Source: Thecamonas trahens ATCC 50062
Lineage: Eukaryota > Protista > Apusomonadida
Assembly: GCF_000142905.1 (NCBI RefSeq)
Contig: NW_013657639.1
Span: 9,544 to 33,264, forward strand
Direction of reading: 5' to 3'
Length of the DNA stretch: 23,721 bases
Notes under the pieces: generated by a model
The model's input: the letters and a program-made list of their open reading frames with translations, nothing else
Database searches by the model: none
What the model was told of the DNA's origin: nothing
Translations under genes and position numbers: made by a program
Part shown: in pieces, positions 11,832-20,424 of the stretch
Layout of the letters: every line of letters starts with the position of its first letter
Numbering within the stretch: the first letter of the stretch is position 1

Positions 11832-13094
11832 TCAGCAGCAAAACTTGAGAACCCGCAAGCCGAGATACGAGAGAATGGCCACGGCCATGGCGCCGGCCAT
11901 GATGACGTACGAGCCGGCCAGGGCGTTAAAGTCAAGCCGCTCCACAGTCAGCCGCTCCACAAGGCCCGAGTCAAGGTACGCCTTGCCAAAGTACTTGTTG
12001 TTGAGCTGGACAACCACGCCGGCGTCGAGTGCGTCGAGGATGGCGAGGTTGAGCGCGGCAGCGAGGCCTCGGACGCCGCGCGAGACGGCAAGCGCAAAGC
12101 GCTCCGAGGTCTGCAGATTGCCGAGGAGGCGAGCGTATCGCGCGCGGGCGTCATTGTTGATGAGGTACTCGAGGACAGCGGCGTCGTAGACCAAGGCCTT
12201 GGCGAGGCCATCGGTGAGCGCCTGTAGCGCCTCGTCGACGGTGGCGTAGATGAGGAGGCGTGAGGCGCGGACTCGCTCGAGAACAAAGGTTTCGGCGGTG
12301 GTATCGATGACAGTGGCGACGGCAATGTTGTGGAGGACTGAGAGCGTGGTCCCGGTCTGCGAGTCGAGCTGCTCGGCAGCAATAGTGGCGGTGAGCGAGG
12401 CTGTGTACGCGGCGACGAGGGCGACGGCGAACCAGGTGAAGCCGATCGAGTACAATCGTGCAGGCATGCCGATGAGGTCGTGCTCCTTGGTCTCGCTCAC
12501 AATGGACCAAGCAAACCAGGTGCCCTCATTAACGCCCCGGATGAGCGAGAGTGGGAAGGCCTCGGGCTGGTACGTATGCTCCAGCGCCCAGAAGCAGACA
12601 CCCGAGATGCCGATGATGACCACAACCGAGATCCAGAGACTCGGGGTAAAGGGCTGGAAGACAAGGCCAAAGTCGGGCACCGTCTCGCGGGCAGGGAGCA
12701 TGATCTCAACACCCGAGTGAAAGTACGGATGGGTAAAGTCGCGGCTCTCAGCCCTCTGTCCGGTGATGGTGATGCCGCCGAGGCCGATGACAGCCTCCGA
12801 GTCCGACGCCGTCCGATTGAGCATCTCGCGCCATGAGCAGAGCTGACGGTCAAAGGTCACGTTCTGGACCGCCTGGTGCGAGACCATAGCGTCGACAAGA
12901 TACTCCCACAGCTCTACATCGTATCCGTAGATGCCTTCCGCCACAGACGTCTCGCCGCCAGGGACGTCGACGAGGACAAACGGCGGCGTTGGCGCAAAGC
13001 AGACGGCCACCGTCTTGCTACCTGTGGCCGTAGGAAGCCTTGCTGCTGCTACCAGGGCAACGGCAAGTAGTATGAGGAGGTAGCTCGGGGGCAT
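11832..13094 (-). CDS. Ionotropic glutamate receptor-like ligand-gated channel, 420 aa: signal peptide-S1-M1-pore-M3-S2-M4, no amino-terminal domain
   Basis: Signal peptide MPPSYLLILLAVALVAA; S1 motifs PPFV, GYDVEL, ITITGQR, DFTHPY; pre-M1/M1 FQPFTPSLW; M3 gate AYTASLTAT (SYTANLAAF-like); S2 DTTAE, LVYDAAVLEY, LNLAIL; M4 LAGSYVIMAGAMAVAIL. The start was set at the ATG at 13094 because a signal peptide follows. The upstream 115 codons of the ORF (to 13439) are low-complexity Pro/Ser sequence. Confidence 0.9.
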   Translation of the reverse strand: MPPSYLLILLAVALVAAARLPTATGSKTVAVCFAPTPPFVLVDVPGGETSVAEGIYGYDVELWEYLVDAMVSHQAVQNVTFDRQLCSWREMLNRTASDSEAVIGLGGITITGQRAESRDFTHPYFHSGVEIMLPARETVPDFGLVFQPFTPSLWISVVVIIGISGVCFWALEHTYQPEAFPLSLIRGVNEGTWFAWSIVSETKEHDLIGMPARLYSIGFTWFAVALVAAYTASLTATIAAEQLDSQTGTTLSVLHNIAVATVIDTTAETFVLERVRASRLLIYATVDEALQALTDGLAKALVYDAAVLEYLINNDARARYARLLGNLQTSERFALAVSRGVRGLAAALNLAILDALDAGVVVQLNNKYFGKAYLDSGLVERLTVERLDFNALAGSYVIMAGAMAVAILSYLGLRVLKFCC

Positions 13095-14103
13095 GGGGGC
13101 GCGGTGGCGCGGTGGCGTGGGGTGGAGTGGTGGCGTGGAGGCCTGGAGGCGGGCGGAGTTTGTCGGCGGCGAGGTTTTGCTCGCACTCGATTTTGGCGAG
13201 AAAAAGGCCGGGCAGGGTGATAAACTGGGCTGGGGCACAGGGGAGCGATTACGCCGGAAGAGGTCGAGGGAGAGGGCGATGGATGAGAGGGCGAGGTGAA
13301 GGGGTTGCAGAGGGAGTGGGGAGGGTTGGATTTGTCGGAGACGGGGGACGGGGGGAGGGGGGGGGAGGGGGACGTCGGAAATGGTGGCACTGATCGCGGG
13401 CCGGGGCAACACACATGATTGGAGGCAAAAGGCAGACATGGCGATAATGACGGAGCAACTGCGGTATGTAACGTGTTCTGCAAGAATGTGGAGAGGTGGG
13501 AGGTGGAACGATGGGGCTCAAGAGGCAGGATAAAGCCGACACGAAGGATTGGGGGAAGTTGGTGTGTGTGAGAATCAGTTTAATGATGTAGACTAGAGGG
13601 TCCACAACCAACCGAACGTCGGACGAAGCCCCCGACCGTAGGAAGGGACTGTCCGGGCCCGTCTGGCGCCAACTTACTCGTGAGCCTCGTCATACGCATG
13701 AAGCGCTTGGACTTGGGGCCTGGCCTTGGGTAGGGGTCAGGACGTGGATCGGACCGGCGTGAGCCGGGCCGATTAGAACAATTATGCCGCCCTGCACGGG
13801 TGCAGGGGTTAGTTATCCAGCCTTACGGCAGGGGGTCTCCGACCCGATAAGGTTGCATCGGATCTTGGGTGCAGGAGGAGGTCTTGTCCAGAAAGAGGGG
13901 GGAATGGGGGAAGGGGGCGAAAAAGGGGGTAAAATGGCGTGTTGGGGGGTAAAGAGATGGGCGTTGGAGATGGCGTTGAAGATGGCGTTGACAATGGACG
14001 AGACACAGCAGCGCTGTTGAGAGCTCCTGTGTTCCAGATCACGTGCTGGAGAGTTATTGCATGGAGTTAAGCAGAGAAGCACCTACAGGAACTGCAGGGT
14101 GCC

Positions 14104-14203
14104 NNNNNNNNNNNNNNNNNNNNNNNNNNNNNNNNNNNNNNNNNNNNNNNNNNNNNNNNNNNNNNNNNNNNNNNNNNNNNNNNNNNNNNNNNNNNNNNNN
14201 NNN
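14104..14203. other. Assembly gap (100 N, size probably nominal)
   Basis: Run of exactly 100 N followed by G-rich low-complexity sequence. Confidence 0.99.
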
Positions 14204-14440
14204 TGGGGTGTGTGTGTTGGGGGGGTGGGGGGGGTTGGTAGTGGTGGCGATGTGGCATTGAATACCATTCATGTACAAGTGATCGTGTGTGTGTGTGTGT
14301 GTGTGGGGTGGTGGTGGTGGTGTGGTGGTGGTGGTGGGGGTATGCCATCGCTGTGGGCATGGTCCATGGCAGGGGGGTGGTGATCACCACCACGCTCACC
14401 ACCACCTCACCCCCCTCCCCCCCACCTACCCACCCACCCC
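14204..14440. repeat. Low-complexity (GT)n/(TGG)n tract switching to (CAC)n/C-rich sequence upstream of the GATA gene
   Basis: GT dinucleotide run at ~14285-14304, then TGG repeats, then CACC repeats up to the ATG. Confidence 0.85.
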
Positions 14441-15625
14441 ATGTCGCAAGCGTGCCTAAACTGTGGGGTGACCAAGACGCCCATCTGGCGCAAGGGCCTG
14501 GACAACCGTGTGGTGTGCAATGCCTGCGGGCTGTACTTTCGCAACCATGGCAAGTCCCGCCCCATGGACGTCATTGCCGGCAAGCGCTCTCGCTCGGCTA
14601 TAACCAGTGGCGGCATGAGCCGGGCAGAGCGGAGGAGGATTGCTCGCGAGGCGAAGGAAGCTGCGGCGTTGGCTGCAGCGGCAGCTGATACTGGTGGCTA
14701 TGCCATCACTGCCGTCTCGTCCTTTGTCAAGTCGGCGGCGCTGGCGAGAGAGACGCCCGCCGCTCGGGCCCGTCTCGAAGCCGCCGTCATTCCTCGCATG
14801 CCAGAGCTCGAGGCCTACGCCCCGGCAAAGTCCAACGTCGACTGGCGCTCCACCGCTCCGCCCATCCCGCGCTCCGCGCCTCCAGGCAACATCGCTGCTC
14901 GCCCGCGCCCGCTGCCCTTTATCCGCACAAACACCATCCCGGCCGTCCGCAAGCGCGAGCGGATGAACGCCATCATGGAGGAGGTCTACCGCGCCACAAA
15001 GCGGCCCAAGCGGAGCTCGCGCAAGACTGCTGTCACAGAGCCTGCCTCTCCTGCCACTGCTGCCTCACCGCCTCCGCTCGATGTCGACGCCGTCCCGCTC
15101 GTCGTCGACCCGGCCACTGACTCCGGCTCGCCTGATGACCCCGAGTCGTCCGACGACGACCTCGCCGCCTGGGATGCTGTCCACACTGTTGACCGCCCCT
15201 CGGACGGGCTCTCACTTCGCATCGGCGACGCCGTCGCCATCCGCGCAGACCCCGCCTCGTCGCTCGAGTATCACGCCGTCATCGCAGGCTTTACCTGGAA
15301 CCTCGATGCCATCTACGTCGTTTGGCTCCGCCGCCGCGCTGCTGCGGCTGTCTCCGCTGCGCCCGGCCCGCCGCTTTCGGCCTTTTACGACCTCGCCGAG
15401 CTCGACCCGGCTCCACAGCCGTTCGATGCCGTCGTCAGCTGCCTCGGCTTTTCCGCCCATCTCCCCTTTGACCTCATCCGCGCCGCCCGCGCCGCCGCGC
15501 TCATCACCGCCGACGCCGACGCCGACGCCGACGCTGACGCCGCCGCCGTCTCGCCGGCCCTACAGGCCGACGACAGCCTTGCCCGCCTCGCTCTCGTCTC
15601 GTCGCTCGCCGTAGCTCAAGCATGA
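14441..15625 (+). CDS. GATA-type zinc finger protein with a C-terminal BAH-like domain (GATAD1-like), 394 aa
   Basis: N-terminal C-x2-C-x17-C-x2-C finger CLNCGVTKTPIWRKGLDNRVVCNACGLY followed by the basic RP tail. The C-terminal LRIGDAVAI...YHAVIAGF...YVVWL...FYDLAELDPAPQP segment resembles the GATAD1/BAH module. Confidence 0.85.
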   Translation: MSQACLNCGVTKTPIWRKGLDNRVVCNACGLYFRNHGKSRPMDVIAGKRSRSAITSGGMSRAERRRIAREAKEAAALAAAAADTGGYAITAVSSFVKSAALARETPAARARLEAAVIPRMPELEAYAPAKSNVDWRSTAPPIPRSAPPGNIAARPRPLPFIRTNTIPAVRKRERMNAIMEEVYRATKRPKRSSRKTAVTEPASPATAASPPPLDVDAVPLVVDPATDSGSPDDPESSDDDLAAWDAVHTVDRPSDGLSLRIGDAVAIRADPASSLEYHAVIAGFTWNLDAIYVVWLRRRAAAAVSAAPGPPLSAFYDLAELDPAPQPFDAVVSCLGFSAHLPFDLIRAARAAALITADADADADADAAAVSPALQADDSLARLALVSSLAVAQA

Positions 15626-15627
15626 AC

Positions 15628-16722
15628 TCATGAACGCCCCCGTGCCCGCTTGCTCGCCCCGCCATGCCCGCTGTCGCCGCTGCTGCGAGAGTCCAGGACG
15701 CCAAAGTCTGACTCGTCAGACTGCGACCCGTCGTTGTCCGACAACTCGACGTCTTCCCAAGCCGGCAGCAACTTGCCGATCTTACCCAGCTCATCCTCCA
15801 CTAGCCGCGCCATCTCACCAATCCGCCGCACCGCCTGATTCGCCACCTCGACATGCGAGAGCTCCCGGCTCTCCGGGCCGCGCGGCGCCTGCACCCCGCC
15901 CTCCACTAGCGCCTGCTGCAGCGCCCGGATGTACGCCACCGCGCCCTGCACCACCGCCACCCGCGAGCTGGAGCTACGGAATCCATCCGGCACCACATCC
16001 CGCAGCTCGTTGCACGCCTGCGTCATGTTGCCGCGATATGCCTTGAGCCGGCTCTTGTGATCCACTTTCGGACCCTTGCCCTTGTCCGCCGTCCGCTTCC
16101 GCTTCCGGCTTCGCCTGGCAGCTGCCACCGTCTCGCGCGGCGGCGGCGCCGGGTTGGGCGGCGGTGCCGCCGATGGCGATGGCGACCGCGTCGGCGGCAG
16201 CGGGTCCACCCCACTCCCGCCCCCCACCCTGCCACCCCCGCTCCCGTAACCGGCTCCGCTCTGGCTCCTCAGGTTTTCCTGGAAATCGAGAATGGCCCGC
16301 ACGCCCGGCCTCAGTAGCTCGCGGGCGATCTGGGTCATGTGCTCTTCGGCTGCAGCGTCACTCTGCCCTCCCCCGCCACCAGCATCGTCATCATCGTCGC
16401 CGCCGCCGTCGTCGTCGTTGTCGGCTACCGCAATCTGGACTTGCCTCGTCAGCAGATCGGTCGGCCGCCCGGTCCCATCGTCCCCGCTCGTTACCGTAAA
16501 CCTCATTCCTGACGCCATCGGTGTCGTCATGAACGTCATCGTCGGTTCGTCTGCCCTTGCCAGCACAGCAGACGGTTCCATCGCCACCGCAAAGGCGGCG
16601 TCACCACCGGCCGCTCCAGCCCCACGCCCGCTCCGTCCGCTCCCGCCTCGTCCCGCTACTCCTTCCGCCGCTGCTCTCGTCCTCGCCCGCTGCCCTCCTC
16701 CACCACGTACGCCTTGACTCAT
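15628..16722 (-). CDS. bHLH-domain protein with an atypical basic region; start at ATG 16722 or ATG 16581
   Basis: HKSRLKAYRGNMTQACNELRDVVP...SRVAVVQGAVAYIRALQQAL (~15910-16060) matches the helix1-LxxxVP-loop-helix2-YIxxL pattern. It is preceded by an NLS-like RRSRKRKR. The track start at 16779 is a GTG. Confidence 0.72.
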   Translation of the reverse strand: MSQGVRGGGGQRARTRAAAEGVAGRGGSGRSGRGAGAAGGDAAFAVAMEPSAVLARADEPTMTFMTTPMASGMRFTVTSGDDGTGRPTDLLTRQVQIAVADNDDDGGGDDDDDAGGGGGQSDAAAEEHMTQIARELLRPGVRAILDFQENLRSQSGAGYGSGGGRVGGGSGVDPLPPTRSPSPSAAPPPNPAPPPRETVAAARRSRKRKRTADKGKGPKVDHKSRLKAYRGNMTQACNELRDVVPDGFRSSSSRVAVVQGAVAYIRALQQALVEGGVQAPRGPESRELSHVEVANQAVRRIGEMARLVEDELGKIGKLLPAWEDVELSDNDGSQSDESDFGVLDSRSSGDSGHGGASKRARGRS

Positions 16723-16911
16723 GTGTTGTCGAGACGTGTCGCTCGCCCGAGCCCGACTCGACTCCACGCCCACGTCCACACCTACGACCAGCGCCGGCTG
16801 CTCAACTGAGCCGAGCCGAGGGGACGGCGTGTGGTGATGGCGCGTGTGGGGTCAGCATAGAAACAATTTTTACAGCCCCCCCCTCCCCCCTCCCCCCCAA
16901 CTGCTTGCTCC

Positions 16912-19900
16912 TCACTCTACATCACTGCCGGAGAGCGGCGAGGACTTGGAGGTCATCGATGGGCGGTGGGCTGGTGGGCCGGTAGACGATGAGTTGGAGC
17001 CGCGGGAGGAGGCTGAGAGAGCAGCGGCAGTGGCGGCCGAGGCCCGCGGTTCGACGCGGAGTGACTCGGCGTAGAGTGCGTCATCGTCGAGGGCACCGGC
17101 GCAGGCCGAGAGCTCGGCGGCGAGCGCGGGGATGCGGGTGTAAGTGTACGGCTCCGACTGGAAGAGAGTGATCCGCGAGATGGCGTCGTACATGAGCCTC
17201 CGCTTGGCAAAGTTGATCTCACCGTCGATGCTGTCCGGGTTCTCCTCGATGAACGTCAGATCCTTGATAAAGATGCCGATGAAGGGAATGCACGGCGGGT
17301 TGGCCTTGGCGAGCGCGGCGCGCAGGCCCTTGTACGAGCCCTCGGCCGAGACAAGCGTCTCGAGCGAGGCCAGTGTCTGGCTTGCCGACTTGGAGAGCGC
17401 CTCGCGTGTTGCCCGCAGCCGTGCCACCGCCACGTGATTGAGGCCCGAGACCAGCGCCATGACCGACGCAAAGTTGTTGGCCTCCCAGCACGCCTTGGCC
17501 ACCCGGATGAGCTTGGCCATCCGACTCGCGCGATCGCGGACCGTCGCCCCGGCCACCACTAGCGTCGCCACCCATGTCGAGAACTCGTTGAACCGCGCGA
17601 TGAAGGACATGAGGTTCGGCGCAAAGCAGTGCCGCTCGGCCTTGGCGTAGTTCTGGTTGAGGAACTCGGACGGGAGAATGCGCTTGAAGAGCGCGTAGTC
17701 GAGGAGCGCAATCTGCTGCGCCACCGCCACCGGCGACGCATCCCACAGCGTGTCTTTGGCCGAGCTGCCGCTCCGGCTCCCTCCCGCAGGCGCAAGCGCC
17801 ACCCGGTGGGAGAAGCTTCGCCTCACCCTGGTCTCCGGCTCGTCCACAAGCGCCGTCTTGATCTTGGCAAAGAGCGACGCTGCAAGCTTGGCCTTGCCGT
17901 CGTCGACAAGCGTTTCAGCCACAAACGCGTAGAGCGAGGCCTGAACCGACGGCTCGAGCGCGTGGAACGGCCGCGATGAGAGCCAGTTGCGGAGAACGTT
18001 GACAACGCGCAGCTGGATCTGTGACTGCGTTCCCGCGTTAAACGCGTTGAGCGCTTGCTGTGGCGACCAGCTGCGACGCGGCGACGGCTGCGGTGACGGA
18101 CTCGCCGCCCGCTCGCCGCCGCTGCTCAACGGGCTCTCCCACACCCGCTTCTCCGCGTTGAGCATGTACCCGTGGTCGGCCTCCGCCTCAAGCCACGCCG
18201 GCGGTGTGTCGCTCGCCTCCGCCTCCACCAGCAGCTCGCCCGAGTGCAGCGCTTGGCCAAGTGCGAGTGCTTGCATCTCGTCATCGACTACCGCCGCGAG
18301 AACCGCAAGCAGCCAGTCGACAAACTGCGACTTTGTGAACGGGACTCCGGGCTCAAACGAGGCCCGGACTCGCGCCGCGATCTCGTCGATCGTCGGCAGC
18401 CGCGGCGACTCGGGCGGCGACGGCGCGTGTGAGCCGCGCCGTGCCGGCACGCCCAGTGCCCCGCCCCTGCCCGCCGCCTCACCACCGCCGCAGAGCTCAA
18501 ACGGCGTGTGGTACCGCTCAAGCAACTTGCGGAGGAGAGCCTGCGGGCTGGTGAACGAGTCGTAGGTGAGAAGGAAGATCTTCTGGAACCGCAGGTCGTG
18601 CTCGTGCTGCGACGTCAGCCGCCGGACAAGCGTATTGAGTGACCCGACCTCGACGTCGCCGGTCGGCGTCTCAGCCTCGTCGCGGATGTCGCCGTCGTCG
18701 CTTGGCGAGCTCGGCGGAAGCGCGCTCGGCTCCCAGAAAAGCCACAGGCTGGAGCCAAACGGCAAGCCGAGCTCAAAGAGCGAAGCCTCCCGCTCGAGCT
18801 CGTCGCCCCCGTCTGCCGCTGTCGTAACACGCACAGCCGCCGCAAGCGCCGCCGCTGGAAGCTCAAGCGGAAACCGGAAGCCGAACCGCCGCGCAAACGC
18901 TGGAACGAGCGAGACAATCGTGCGGTTGTAGTCGACGCTAACGAGGCCGAGAGCTCGGCCTCTCCCCGCGAGGTCCACACTGTGAGCGCTTGCGGCACAG
19001 CCTTGAAGATCAGGTGTGTGATCGAGTAGCTCAGCTCGGTCAGCGAGAGCGAGAGCGGGAGCGGTCGCGCCGGCGCCACCCCTGCGTGCGCCTGGTGGAA
19101 CGGCAAGAAGAAGCCGAGAGCTGAGACCGGCACAAAGGTGTCGACGTGACCGCCCGTGACCAGTGTCGTCACCAACTCGGCCACCGTCACCGACTCGCTC
19201 ACCATGACCATGTTATCGACCTCGAGCGCGTCCGGCTCGTCGAGCGCGAGCTCCACCAGCATCTCCACCGCAGACAGGCCTGCCGCACCAAGCGCCGCCG
19301 CCGCCTCGCGGGCCTCATCGAGCTCGTAATCGTTGACGCCCGGCGCGTCGAGCGCATCCAGCCGCGACACAATTTGGAACGGCCGGACTACAAGCTTGAG
19401 GACAATGCCAGCGAGCGTGCCGTCGTCGCGGCCTCCAGGCGCCCCCGGTCCCATCGAGAGGTGCGGGACAATTGTCGAGAGGAGCGCAAACGGGTTGAGC
19501 GCCGCCCCACTGCCGGCGTCAAACAGAGCGCAGCAAGTGAGGAGCGCCGGCGAGAGCGAGAACTTGCGCCCCAGTGTCTCAACCACGTCCAGCGGCGTGT
19601 GGTAGCCCATGGCCGGCACCGCGCACTGCGAGCCGTCTGCGCCACGCGCCACAGCCTTGGGCAGGTCAATGGCGACCGAGAGGAGGAGCGGCGCCGCCGC
19701 GCTCGCAGGCGCCGTCCGCGCCATCACACCCATGACCTCGTCGCCGACGCTCAGCGCGCCGATGGGGAACACCCCGTCGGTGTTGTCAAACCGCCCGAGC
19801 GCCCAACCAGACGCAAAGACTGCGGTCACCGCTACCTCTGCGCCCATCGGGAACGGGAGCTGCGGAAGCACATCGAGGGCATCCATCCCGTCGGCAGGCG

Positions 19901-20390
19901 GGGCGTACGTCACCCGCGCCGTGCCAAGCCCGAGATACGTCAGGTTGTCGGCGCTGGCCTCTCCGGTTGCGCCGAGATCCGCCAGCCGCGGCGCCCGCCC
20001 ACCCGGCGCCGGCGACGACGTCTTGACCAGCCAATCGTCCCAGGTGTACAGCGCCCGCGGGTCGACGCTGAACAGGGCCGTTGTCGTCCGCACAGATTTC
20101 TGCGTCATTGCCCGCGACCGGAAGAACGACCGCATCTGGACCGAGTCGTATGAAGAGAACGCATCGGCGTCGGCGTCGGCATTGGCATCGACATTGGCAT
20201 TGGCACTGGGAGCTTCAGCAGCAGCAGACGCGGGCGCAGGTGCAGGCGCAGGCGCGGGCGCCAGCGCGGGTGTTGGCGCCAGCGCGGATACAGGCGAGGC
20301 TGACGCTGGCGCCGACGACGTCGAAGTCTCGTAGGTCGAGCTGGTCGAGCCCGAGTCCGTCTCGTAGTCTGACGACGTGGCATACGACGA

Positions 20391-20424
<34 letters not shown>

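Noticed and set aside
13095-13439. 115-aa N-terminal extension of the iGluR ORF
   Set aside because: It is low-complexity C-rich sequence that would bury the signal peptide; probably 5' UTR or promoter.
13663-13672. TGGCGCC as a retroelement primer-binding site
   Set aside because: No LTRs, gag/pol ORF or extended tRNA complementarity are visible.
13800-13815. Minus-strand CTAACCCC as a telomerase RNA template
   Set aside because: It is a single short match without the 1.5-repeat template pattern and fits a branch-point motif equally well.
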